A stretch of 64,000 nt of DNA from Ruditapes philippinarum. Taxonomy: Eukaryota. The stretch lies in assembly GCF_026571515.1 (NCBI RefSeq), contig NW_026863645.1, positions 248,001-312,000 on the forward strand. The letters run 5' to 3'. Position numbers and translations under genes: made by a program. Below the pieces are notes generated by a model. The model worked only from the letters and a program-made list of their open reading frames with translations, was not told where the DNA came from and ran no database searches. Shown in pieces: positions 13,750 to 26,700 of this stretch (positions are counted from its first letter, which is position 1; each line of letters opens with the position of its first letter).

Positions 13750-13980
13750 GTGTACTTGCGTTCTACTTGCCTCTCATTGTTGTGGGTTCAAATCCTGACA
13801 GGGACTTTGGATTCTTTCATGTGAGGAAGCTATCCAGCTAGCTTACGGAACGTCAGTGGTTCTACTCAGGTGCCTGTTTGTGCCTGAAATAATGTAGAGA
13901 GGGGCACCAAAGGTCTTCCTCCACTGGTTGAGCTAGGAAGTCGACATATGGCTTATACTGTGTAGGTGAAACGAAAAACA
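13750..13980 (+). mobile_element. tRNA-derived SINE of a common molluscan type, 5'-degraded
   Basis: Pol III B box GGGTTCAAATCC, followed by a GC-rich body (GGATTCTTTCATGTGAGGAAGCTATCCAGCT...GGTCTTCCTCCAC) and an A-rich tail. Confidence 0.6.
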
Positions 13981-14447
13981 ACAGTTCCTTGCCTTATTAA
14001 CTCCAGCAACTTGTTGCAGTTTTTTTGTTAGAATCGGACTTACTTTACAACACACAATTAGGAAGATAAGAAATATTTTGTTATGTATAATAATACCTGA
14101 ATTTTGACAGGATGAAAGTACCGGGATATGAGGTATACAATTATAACATGCACTTTGAGAATGCAAGAGTTCTTTTTTGGCCTTTTGTACAATAATGTGT
14201 GATACTTGTATGTAAGTTTCGAAAATGTTTGTATACGTATTTTTCATTGCCGTTTTCAATTCAATATTTGGATCTAATTTCAAGTCATTTAGCCATATTT
14301 TAGGTACAAAATTGAAAGTTTCTTTTTTTTTCATTTAGAAAAAAAAAAATTACATTGAGAAAGAGTTCTTTCAAAATCTTAAGATATATATATAATATAC
14401 ACAATGACCAAAATTGTCCGAATGTTTTGTAACCAATATTGCTTTTA

Positions 14448-14532
14448 CATGTCGAGGGTTTAGAGTGAAACTAGTCTATCTGCTTCTATTTCTATATAAA
14501 GATAGGCTAGTTTCGCTCTAAGCCCTCGATGT
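14448..14532. repeat. Palindromic mini-element (hairpin, arms about 30 bp)
   Basis: TCGAGGGTTTAGAGTGAAACTAGTCTATCT is inverted relative to AGATAGGCTAGTTTCGCTCTAAGCCCTCGA. Confidence 0.75.
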
Positions 14533-14643
14533 TTAATAACCTGTTATAAATAGTTAATGAATTTACTTGCATGCAGTTATATGTTCTGTTAAAAGTTCTG
14601 ACTTTTTTGAAGTTATAAATATATAAACATGATTATTTTATAT

Positions 14644-14723
14644 AACGACAGCTTGGTGCGAAAGGGTTGTATCTCCTTCTTTATTTAATATGAGTTACAA
14701 CCCTTTCGCACCAAGCCATCGAT
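14644..14723. repeat. Palindromic mini-element (hairpin, arms about 30 bp)
   Basis: CGACAGCTTGGTGCGAAAGGGTTGTATCTC is inverted relative to GAGTTACAACCCTTTCGCACCAAGCCATCG. Confidence 0.75.
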
Positions 14724-15899
14724 TATTAAGTTTATTTAATTATGAGTTATGACCTTCGACTATGTTTTTGTTTGTTTTTTTTTCCATTAGAAATTTATTA
14801 ATTCTACAACATTTTCAATTTGATATTAATACCTCAGAAATAAAGCTTTTAATACTTGAACTCTATCTGCCATACTGTCTCTGATGATATTTCTATATCT
14901 TATAATTATCTGGAAGTTATCCGAGCATGTTCCACACTTTTCTTTACACAAAAAAAAATTACAATTTGGATATCTTAATAAAAACTTATAAATATATGAT
15001 ATTAACAGGAACAGTTTAATATACTAGTACATATTTCATTTTTTGTGACAGCATTTAGTATTAAGAATTGTTTTCTTTTAGAAACTAACTTTCTGATAAC
15101 ATAATTATGTAATAAAAGTAGAATTGCTTTTCTATATACTGACAGTAAAAACATGCCTTTTGTCTTTACTTAACTTAAACAGGTTGTAGATTAAAATATA
15201 ACGATGATTTCTAACTTTTACCTGGACGATTCCTTGTATGTTTTAGGAAACTTTATTTTTACAGATATTATGAAATATTAAAGTTGAATCTGCAGGAATT
15301 TAAAGCAATCGGTCTTTGCCTTCAGTATAGAGCCAGGCCAGCCTGTATTATTGTGCAATCTGACCTACTAAGGCTCAATACTATTGGCTGACCAACTTTA
15401 AATTTTGGTCTTGATATTCTCAGAATTGATAATTGACCGGTACAAAAATTGAGGCTGGAAAAGTCTGTTTTATAACTTTGGAAGGTTTAAACAAAAAGTC
15501 ATTTATAGATCATAGACACTACAGATTTGAGCAGGTAGAACAAAACAAAATGATAATTACCTTAAACCTTAAATATATTTACATACTGGTAACTTAAAAT
15601 ATAGTTACACAAGTTGTCAATTTATACATATAAATCACAGTTTATTATCATTCTTATATAATTATTATTTTTATTTTTGTATAAATTGGAAATTGTAACA
15701 TTGGAAATTGTAAAAAAAGTAAAAGTTTTTATGTTGTTTTTTCCTTGTTTTAACGTTGGGTGGATATTTTCTTTTTTGTTTTGGCTTTTTTGGAAACTAG
15801 CTACATGAAATTAAAGGACCCCCCCCTCCGCTTCCCGGTTCTGAGGGCAAAACGTAAATTTAACGGGGGAAAAGGGGAAAATTTTTGAAGTTTTAATTG

Positions 15900-17677
15900 T
15901 TGAATTAGGTAAATAGATATCCATTTTGAGTGAATAGTATTATCAATTTAAGTATTCAAACAGGAAAGTTTCCTACCAAATTAAAACAATCAAAAGTTAC
16001 ACCCATTTTTAAAAAAGGACAAAATTCTGATAAAAAAATAATTACCAGACCAATATCTGTACTTCCACTCATTTCCTAAAATATTTGAAAAGCATGTATC
16101 TGATCATCTAAAAACAATTTCTAGAAACTCATAAGTTTATTTTTAAGGCACCAGTCAGGATTCAGAACCAAGCACTTTGTGAAACAGCATTAACACAACA
16201 TAGTTGAACATTGGATAAATGCAATTAAATAATGGAGAAACTAGTTGGCACAATTTTTTCTTGACCTAAACCAAAGCATTTGACCTTGATAAACCTAAAA
16301 TTCTTATTCAGAAAACTGCATTATTACCCATTGTTCTTATCATACAATTAAATGGTTTTCATCATATCTTGCAAACAGAACACAGAAAGTCAGTGTATCA
16401 GGTAAACTGTCAGAAATCTGCAGAAGTTACTATCAGGTGTTCCCCAAGGATCTGTCCTTGGGGGCCCTGCTTTTCATTATATACTCAATGATCTCCCACT
16501 TCTTTTAGAGACCTCAGAAATAGACATGTTTGCAGATGACACCACACTTACAGCATCAGGACATTCACCACAAGAACTACATTGATAAACTTCAAACCAA
16601 CCTCAAACATGTAACAAATGGTGCATACAAAATGCAATGGTCTTAAATACACAGAAAACAAAGGCAATGCACCTTACATCAAATAATACACAGCTTCATT
16701 TACCACCTTTACACCTTCAAGATCAAAATGATCCAATTTTCTGAAAACCGAAAAGTTACTAGGTGTTTTTGTCGATAGTAAAACTCAAAATGGAAAATCC
16801 AAATAGAAATGATACTTAAAAAATGCAACTCTCAGTTATACCTACTTCTCAGAATCAAGCAATACCGTAGACTTACATGCAAGAAAACTATTCTTTAACT
16901 CATACATATTACCACACTTAGATTATTGCTGTACTATCTGGGGCAATTGCAGCAATGATCTGATTCAATGAAATCATAAAATTCCAAAAAAGAGCAGCAA
17001 GAATAATTCTAGATAAAAGTTTCGATGCACCCTCCAGTGATTTGTTTAAAGAACTAAATTGGATGAGATTTGATGACAGAATGATATACAAAAAAGCAAT
17101 CATAATGTTTAAATCTATCAATGACCTACCATATCCACAATACATGCAAAGTAAATTCCAATTTGTTTACCAAAAACATGAGCGCAACTTAAGATCTACA
17201 AATAGTTCAGACCTAGCTGTTCCACGACCTAAGAAAGAATTTTTCAGAAAATCCCTAGTATACCTCTGGCCCTAAATTATGGAATAATATCCCTCTTAAC
17301 ATAAGAAAATCGAAAACAGTTCAGGAATTTCAAGCTTCATATCTATCCTGGCATTTTTCATCATTAAAAAATTAATCATTTTATAACAAAATTAGAATCT
17401 TATCATTTGATGTACCAACTAAAACATATTTCCCACTTTGTTTAATTTGATATGTACTTCTTTGACATGTTTTATGCTATGAATGGACTGTAAATTATTA
17501 ACATGTATTTCTTGTTCTGATAATTTCAATGTACATTGTACTACAATGTTGTTGCAATTATTTCTGTTATATTGTAGTTGTATATATTGTAAATTATGTT
17601 TTTCTTAGAGGCCCACATGGAAGATTGGGAAACCAAATGTGTAGCCTCGATAAATAAAGCCTTTACTTACTTACTTA
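15900..17677 (+). mobile_element. 5'-truncated non-LTR retrotransposon (CR1/L2 group): reverse transcriptase plus 3' tail, frameshifted
   Basis: Motifs recovered across frames: KVTPIFKKG, NYRPISVLP, HQSGFR, TKAFDL, GVPQGSVLGPLLF, DMFADDTT, KFQKRAARII. The 3' end has a GAGGC..GCCTC stem-loop, AATAAA at 17653 and a (TTAC)n tail. Confidence 0.88.
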
Positions 17678-18160
17678 GTAGAATAATGCATGGTTTGAGT
17701 TTAATGCATGATATAATCACTAAGTCCGATAATTAGCAAATATTATCAGACACTTATTAGTTATTAAGATTTTTGAAAGATTATATGGCCTTTCATGAAT
17801 AGTTGTTAGCATAGAAAAGAAAAGTTAAATTTTGCATACAGCATAATACAGTTCTTATAACAAATATAAAATTGTAATTTAACAAACATGGATTTTACAG
17901 CAGACAAAAGATGATTTACGGAATATTACGTTCAATATTCAAAAACAATTTTGTGCTTGCATAATTATACAAGATTCAAATAAACATGCGTCAACCAATA
18001 TTCTAAAAAGTTTGCACTTATTCTATCATTTTCAAAAGATATAAAGACATGAAGAACACTAAATGATATAATGTTCCATTCATGCAAAGGTAGGTGATAT
18101 AGATGGGAAATGTTCTATCATCTTGTGTTCCTAATGTATAATTGTTGGATATATTTGCAG

Positions 18161-19059
18161 GTCAGATAGACTACCTTGGTCAAGATTCTTTCGAGAATAT
18201 TCAGAGAAAGATTGATGAGACTTTAAATAATACAGATAAAGGAACAGCCCAAGTAGGAATAGGCCTTCCTTTTGAAACAAAATTGGAGACGAAACCAGCT
18301 GTTACAAGTCCGCAATCAGTACAAAAAGTAGAGTCAACACCTACATCACAACCAAAAAAACAAGCTGCCCTTCCCAAAAAGCCTGAAGCTCAACCAAAGG
18401 TAATATCCACAGCTAAACCACCAGTTAGTGAAAAGCCAACTGGGCCTGCACCAGTGAGCGCAAAGCCTTCTGCACAAGCACCAGTTGGTACAAAACCCGC
18501 TGTGCCGGCACCAGGTGATGCAAAGCCTTCAGTGCCAACTCCAATTAGTGTAAAGTCTACCACATCTGTACCAGTTGCTGCAAAGCCAACTGTGCCAGCA
18601 CCAGTTGGTCCAAAACCAACTGCTCCTGCACCAGTTGGTGCAAAACCCACTGTACCCATAACAGTTGGTGCAAAGTCAACTGTTACACAAATTGGTGCTA
18701 AGCCCACGGTACCTGTACCTGTTGGTGCAAAGCCCACTGTGCCAGCACCAGTAGGTCCAAAGCCAACTGTACCTGCACCTGTTGGTGCAAAACCCACTTT
18801 ACCCACACCAGTTGGTGCAAAGCCCACTGTACCCATATCAGTTGGAGCAAAACCAACAGCACCTGGACCTGTGAGCCCAAAGCCTACTGTGTCAGCCCCT
18901 GGTCAGTCTAGGTTTGGTGCCCCACTAGGGACAACTTCAGCTAGAGGCCCAGCCCCACCTACTCAACCTAGGCCAGGTGCTGCCACGGCTTCCGCAAGGT
19001 CTGCAGTTCCTTCTAAAACATCTGGCTTAAATATTCAAACTACGTCTAAAAAGAAATGA
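18161..19059 (+). CDS. Terminal coding exon of an unidentified gene: GQIDYLGQDSFENIQRKIDETL motif followed by a Pro/Ala/Lys/Thr-rich tail with 16 decapeptide repeats
   Basis: About 300 open codons in AT-rich DNA, with GC elevated above background. Acceptor TTTGCAG at 18160, with a second CAG at 18165. Repeat units differ often at third codon positions. Stop TGA at 19057-19059. Confidence 0.8.
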
Positions 19060-20089
19060 GGTGGTTTTATTGAACTTAGTTTAAATCAGTAATAACAGTT
19101 TAATAAAAAATTTCCGTTGCCATGGTTTTGACATGGATACACTGTTATGATGATATGTTAATGAGTTCATAAAGCTGCTATATAGAGATTTAGATTAGAT
19201 TTTGAGTCGAATTTTAATTACAGATAGATTAATATACTTTACTGGTTGCGCAACCAGTCTTGAATTATTTTGGTATCATTTGAAGATTGGTCATAAAATA
19301 ATGATTCAGGGGTCAAATTTTAACACTGTCGGAAAAAAATTATTAATCTAGCATTACTTTTTCTTGTTTCTTTTCAGTAACTTTGCAACTTTGGTTTTTC
19401 ATCGCAGGTACAAAGTATGTATTTGAATATATATATAGCATAAACATAGCTATAGCTACCTCGTAACAAAATATACTTTTCCATCTCTTCTCTCTATGAA
19501 TGCAGACTTGTATACGAAACAATATTTGAAGAATTTCTCCTTAAAAGTTTGACCTGCTTATAGAATGCCCAGAGCATTATTCTTAGTTGTTTGCTTCAGA
19601 ACTGTAGGACGGTAGGAAAATAATTGATGGAATGACATTTCGAGGAATAGTAGAATGCTCTGTTTTTCTTTTAAAAAGAAAAAAACAGTTACCTTAATAT
19701 GTATCTTTACAATATTATATGTTGATTTATTGACAAGTATTAAAATGCATAATTTGTTGTGCTTTTAAAAACCATGTAAGAACATGGTATGTTTGTATAT
19801 TTAAAAAAAAAAAAAATAAACAATAATTAGTTGATCGGCTTTAACTTTACTATGGCTGTGTTATTTTAAAAGTTAATTTCTTGTTAACTAACATTTTTAA
19901 TATACACATGGCTTTAATATGTTAAAAGTTTTAAAAGCTATCCGACACAATTTTCTTTGTAACTCATAATAATTGTTTGTTTAAATCGTTGAAAATTCTG
20001 ATGTGTTGAGGCTTGCTTTAATAAACTGTAGATTAGCAATCATTTAAGCAAGGTCTGTTCCTATCTTCTCTACTTGTAATATGGTTTTG

Positions 20090-20197
20090 TAAGCGAACAG
20101 CATGGATCCTGATCAGACTGGGTGGATGCGCAGGCTGGTCTGGATCTATGCTGGTTGCAAACACAATATGTTAGTTTTGTCATGGCGCGGCTCAAAT
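20090..20197. mobile_element. Half copy of the GGATCC-core palindromic MITE family
   Basis: CAGCATGGATCCTGATCAGACTG...GTTTTGTCATGGCGCGGCTCAAAT matches the right arm of the copies at 34561 and 48835. Confidence 0.7.
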
Positions 20198-23100
20198 CTT
20201 TCTGCTTATCTTGGGCGAACTTGTCAGCAATAAATGCCACATCAGTTGCTACCTCAATTTTTCCTGTTTATCCTCTATCCTCCACTTCCTAGACCTTTGT
20301 TACACACATCTTGGTGAGTTGGTGCAATTTTATATTTGATTTGCAAAGAATTGCGGTGTTTTATATTTCATACAGTCTTGCCTAAAATGCGTGGGTTAGA
20401 AAAACAAATACAATGTATACTCTGTAAAGTGGCTAAATTTGTTTGGTCGAGCAGCACATTTTCCTGTAAATACAAATTTCAGTTGCAAGTTTTTATCAAA
20501 CCTGATCAAATAGTATGTAATGGTGGCACCTTGGGTGTTTTTTTTAAAAGATTTTCTTACACAAGGCAGCTTTACTACATGTATCATTAGATTAAACAAA
20601 TTTATAAAGTGCATGAGTAAATGTATATGTCAAAGGTCATGAGAAAATGTACAATAATACTTCTGTCTATCTTGTCTATTTACTTGAATGGTTCATTGGG
20701 AAAATGTTGAATAACGAGAATGATATGCTCATTTTAAAAAGTGGCAGCCATTTTGCTTATGAAAATAGCCTCAAATCCAAATGCCTATTTTCACATTAAA
20801 AAAGTAGTTCTCATTATCTAAAGCTGCATACATCCAGATGTTAGTGGTTGTTTACATAGAATGCCATACACAAGCTTTAATTCTTTTATTTTTTTCAAAT
20901 GACGTAAATAGTTTTACTATTTAAAACTCTTCTTAAATTTTCTTTAAGAAATAACTTTCGTCTGGAAGTTTGCAGCTTTGATTGAACTTTTCATCATTAA
21001 ACAGCAAGACATTGGCATTATTCACTATACAGTACAGATTTTTTTTAAACTATGATGTTTAAATCCAGTGTAAAATGATCACTGTAATGTCTTTTATTTT
21101 GTACTATAATCTGCCACAGAACTTATCTGAAAATATCTATCTTGTTCCAGCTTTTTTAATTGATTTAACAAATGCTTTTGATTAAAATCTTCACTTGCAG
21201 ACGGCATGCTGTTACTTTATACAATTTCACTGTTAATTAATAACGTTACTACTGCATATTGCTTGAAGTCCAAATCTGTTTAATGTTTTGTTAATACAAT
21301 GTATGACAGTTTTGTCAAAATACAGTAAATGTATAGGAGATTGGTAAAAAGTGTGTAAATTTGATGTTTTATATAAAAAAAAGAATAATAAGAATTTGCA
21401 GTCATCAAAAATTTAATTTCACTATGAAATATACCGGTATATAAAAAAACACACTTTATTCTTAGTTCTGGTAATGTAGTCACTATGGTACAAAGCACTT
21501 CTGGATTAACACATGCTTCATGATATGTAGAATTTAAACATTATATACATGATAATATATACACATGTATATATATTATTATATTATAATATATTAGAAT
21601 GCAATAGTACATGTAGTGTAACATAATAATAATAATAATAATTATGAATAGTATTTACTAAAAGTAGAAAATACATTTATAATAATTATGTGCTGTACAT
21701 GATAAATCATGATTGACTAGTCAAAAGTGGAATGTACATTTAAATGATTTTACTTTGTGAAATACGATGAACAAAAAAGACAATGCTTTATTTGGTGCAA
21801 ATGTTATAATCATTGCTGATCTTTCTGCTTAAATTTATTTTTTTACACTTTGCCATAATATCTCGCATAAAGTGCTATTATTTTCTGCTATAATCTATTT
21901 TTGTTGTTGTTTTATACTTGTTGTTTAATGTTCATGTATACATTAGTGACTCTGTAATATATTTTAGTTGTTCTAATATTGAATTCAACATTTGTGGGAG
22001 GAAAAAAAAAATATGAAAGTGACATTATGCTTGTGTTTTTTGCTATCACCTGTTGAGCTGAATTACTATATTTCAAAAGATCGACTATTGTAATTTTAAT
22101 TGATCAATAACAGACAATGACAACGTTTGTGAAAAAATTAATAAAACTACACAAAATTTAAAACTTTTATCAGTTGGATGCTACGGACAAATTCCGAAGG
22201 CTATTTATAGAAATTTCCTTGGGTTATGTGGGTTATTTATCATTTTTGCATATAAAAATATATAATTGATAACAATAATACCAGAATGTAAAGTTATTTG
22301 ACTTTTACAGTGGTAATTTACACTTGGTTGGGCATAATGTCACATCAACGTAAAACTAATTTTTTAGTCCTCTTCTTCTTCATTTTTTCCGTAATTTTAT
22401 TCACGCTTCATTGAATTTTAGCTCTGATACAATTAACAAAACTTTTCCACGTAGATGGACATGCATTAGTCATTGGTAACTCTCCCCAATCTCGGAACAT
22501 TTCTCAGACAAATGGCGTGAACTTAAGCAAAGCGCTGGTTGAAATCTTTACCCTTTTGGAGGCGTTCAGCTGATTAATATTCCCACCTTGTGAGTTCCCT
22601 GTCAGTGTTGATAATACTGTATCCAAGTCGGTTTCCTTTGCAAAAATAAAGCCAATACCTTAGGGTGAAAGCTGGAAGGTAGAAAATTGGCCTTTTAGTT
22701 TTCACCCCTCTAAAATTTGGGGATCTAGGTGTAACAATGACAGGTGCATAAGAACTGAGACATTGACCAGAAGTTCAGTGTAATATAGGAATTCAGAAAA
22801 AGAGGGGTTTATATATGATTATACACTTATATTTGACTGGTGCAAGACACTGTTATATTAACTTTGATAGAGTGTTTTAATATGCTAAACATTTACGTTG
22901 TGTTAGATTTTTGTGTCCTATAACCCTTGAGAGAGTAATACATGTATATATACTTTGTAATTTTGTAGTTGTTTTTTTTTTCGTTAAATGTATTAATGTA
23001 GTTCATATTTTCCTGTTTCATCATAGGACTAGATAGGTTATTACAAGTCTGGATTTAATTTCAAATTTCTTTCTTTCTTTCTGTTATAATAGATTATACC

Positions 23101-23536
23101 ATGTGTTTTACAGTAAGTATGATGTTCTTTTGAAGTTTTCTTTTCATTTTACTGCATTGCTTTCCTTTTTGAAATTGAAATTTAGATAGTAAAAAAAGAT
23201 ATTTATGTTAGTTTCTGTTGTATTTAAAGTTCAGACAATTTATCAAGCTTTTTTGTTAGATATTTATACGAGACCCTTGTAAAAATTATATCCGTTTTAA
23301 AGTATTTTATATGGTTATTATTTTATATAGTTATTTAGTAACTTTAATCTTTAATTTTTGGATAATATATCTTATATTTGATATTGAAAGATGAAGATTT
23401 GTAAAGATTACGATACATATTAAAACAAATTCAACCGGAAATACAAATACATTTAATTTTACATGTACCAAATTTTTCATTGTCAAGAAACATTCTGTTT
23501 TATTTGAATGTTGAATCTTTTATTGAAATGTTTATA

Positions 23537-23792
23537 TAACTGATCATGTGAAATTTCTTTTTTTAGCATAACCATCTTGATTGACCTTAATTGATCATGT
23601 GAAATTTCTATTTTTAGCATAACCATCTTGATTGACCTTAATTGATCATGTGAAATTTCTATTTTTAGCATAACCATCTTGATTGACCTTAATTGATCAT
23701 GTGAAATTTCTATTTTTAGCATAACCATCTTGATTGACCTTAATTGATCATGTGAAATTTCTATTTTTAGCATAACCATCTTGATTGCCCTT
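23537..23792. repeat. 51-bp tandem repeat, 5 near-identical copies
   Basis: TAATTGATCATGTGAAATTTCTATTTTTAGCATAACCATCTTGATTGACCT is repeated, which explains the 17-aa periodic ORF at 23483-23779. Confidence 0.9.
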
Positions 23793-26700
23793 AAAGAGAT
23801 TAATCATTGTGTTTATAATACATTGTACTAGTATGCTATCCAAGAATATTATAACTTTATTCTATACCCATTATTTGCATTCAGTGTCTGAGACTGATTT
23901 GTACATTGTGGCCGTCCAATATATTATTACCTGTGTTGGATGCTGCAGAATGCTGTTTTAAAGCCATTGGTTGATTTGAGTGTGTGTGAAATTTTCCATG
24001 TTCATGTACAGTCAAGTATAAAAGCAATCAACATGTAAAGTTTCCAAATGATATCTGTAATAAAAAGTGTCATATCAATTGAAAATGACTGTTACAATTG
24101 AACAAGCTGCCATGGTTTGCTCCAGCTATTTACTGGTTCAGATAGAATCTGGTATTGTTCAATATTAAAGAATTTTATGCAATTTTGTTGTTTATAGAAC
24201 AAGCCGTAACTTCAAAGTATGGGTAAATATTAATATGCTTATGAAGACAGCCAAATTCCATGAATATCTGCCTGTCAAGAAATTTGAATGATTTTATACA
24301 TAAGATAATTGTGTGAAATAATAAGTCATGTCAACTGTTTTGTGTATATGTAGTTATTTGTTGCTAAGTATGATAGCAAATTCTTCTTTAATTTTTTTCT
24401 TCTAGATGAACTTAATCATTTTAAATAATTTAAGAAATGTTTTTAACTAGGGAAAAGGCTTTGTGTACTTGCGTTTCGATGGGTCAGTTAAAACAAAATT
24501 AAAAAGTTACACAAGTGTTAAATAAGTACCAAATTTTAATTATTACCTTATTTTTGATTTTTTTTTTTTACTGAGGACAGAAAACTGTTATAAAAAAAAC
24601 ATTAAATTTCTGGAACAGTAAGGGGGTATGGGTAATAAAGTACATGTTATGTTAATCTAGAATTCTTGTTTTTCTCTATATACATGTAATCTGATATGAA
24701 TGTTAATTATTTGTGCCATTATTGTTTATTCAAGATTTATATACATGTATGTTATAGTGAATTTGTTCTGGCATTAGGAGAGATTATTACACAGTACCAG
24801 CTTCATTTAGGACATTTTGCTTGTACATGGTTGATCTTCACTGCCGTTAAATACCCAGAGCCAAGCACACTACATACCAGTTCAAACTATTGATGTAAAT
24901 TTGATAATATCATATTATTGTATTCATGCACATCTTACACAATCTGCACCAGAAATATGACAGTGTTTGCAGGATCTTTCTGTTTTAATAAATATTAAAG
25001 GTTGTCTATACATGTGTGTAATACAGTTTGGTAGATTTATGCTTGTCATTTGTATAGGACTATATATCAGTTGTCATTTTATTTGGACAAGGTATTAAAT
25101 TAAACAAGTCTAGAAGAATGTTATGACTTAGTTTTATAACATTTCTTGGACATGTTTAATGTAAGTTTTATTTGAAATGGTAGCAAAATTAATGTTAGAT
25201 TTCTATTATCATGTGATATTGTAAAGCTTAACGAAACAGCAACATCAATAATTGGCACGGTCAAGTTTTGTTGCCTTTTACTTTTTGTAAAATGATTTTA
25301 CTCTGTGGCTTTTGTGTTGATTACCTTGTGACAATTTAAATGTGTAATATAAAGAATTATTAATAATACATAATTAAAAACTAATTGAAATCAATCAAGT
25401 AATTGAAATCAAGCAATTTCATATGATAATGGTATTCCTGTAATATGGCTTGTGAATAAAAGGTACATAATATGAAAACAGTTAAATTGAAACATTTGTT
25501 CTTCTTGTATATTTGTCATTTGATAATTTAATGCATTGAAATTGTTTGCTTTAATGCTTTGAAATTGTCTACTTTAATGCTTTGAAATTGCTAGGCTTCC
25601 GCATTTTATACCAAAGTCTTCGTATTTACACAAAAGTCTTTAAATCATGAAAAAGACTTCAAACGATAATCATGCAAAATAAATAAGCAATATAGTCACT
25701 GTGTATGTCTGATGTTTGAATGTTATAATACATGTTTGTAATCATCCATATTGTACCAAAGACCGTAACTATGTTTTAAAAAAAACTGTTAAAACACCTT
25801 TTTCTTGAAATGATTTAATTGTTCATGTGTAAGATATTTGTAGGGTTTTGCTTGCAAATTGCATTATGATGTACAAGCATGATCAAAATTAAAAGGTGCA
25901 TTTTGTTTTGTATGTGCTTTGTATATATTCAAATGATTGTTAAAACTAGCTGGAACTAAGCAAGTCATGGTTTAAAACATATATACGAGAATCAATATTG
26001 TGTATCCATCATTTTGAGAAATAGAAACACTGTTATTATCGAAATTAACTAACCAAGCATTTAGTTAACTTCACAAAACTAACAATTTGTCTCTGAAAAT
26101 TATATTAATCTTTGTTTTTTTTCTTTTTTGGAGATTTTTTTTTTTTTTTTTTCAAATTTAATGTTTTGGATTTGAAGTTTCATGGCATCCCGCTGTATTT
26201 ACATTTGTAAGTATTAATTAATGTAAGTCAAAGTTAAGAAGAAGGTATCTTTTATTGTCTTGATGTGAATTTTGTTCCTTATATGAACAACTGTAGATAA
26301 CATATATTATATAATGAAGGACTCATTTATAATTTAGTTAGATAATGTCAGTGTATTCCATGATTTGTATAATGCTTTATTAAGGGATTGTTAATTTAGA
26401 ATTGTGATGAATAATATATATAATGTTACTGGGCATATATTAGCAGTATTTTCCAAGGTATGATAATAAATTGTTATCCTCTCACATTGCTACTTTGTTT
26501 TTGTTATTTTTGTTTTCTAAATTTAATACAAATATCTTGAAAAAAAAGTGATCTCTCAGAATCACCAAAGTGCAGACTGAGTCTGTACATGAGGAATAAT
26601 GAAAAAATGCAATATCCCTCAAACCCCCTAGCACCGGCTTGAGCAGTACTCAATTTTCAACAAAAAATGTTGGAATCAGTAATCCCGAAGGACATAAGTG

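Noticed and set aside
18390-18880. Antisense ORFs with GTVGFAPTG repeats
   Set aside because: They are shadows of the repetitive sense exon, with no independent splice or start evidence.
18430-18906. Mussel adhesive protein (Mefp-1) homology
   Set aside because: Only AKP[ST]xP is shared. There are no tyrosines, and the repeat sits in the terminal exon of a multi-exon gene.
23483-23779. ORF with a 17-aa periodic peptide
   Set aside because: It is a by-product of a near-perfect 51-bp tandem repeat, with no synonymous divergence.
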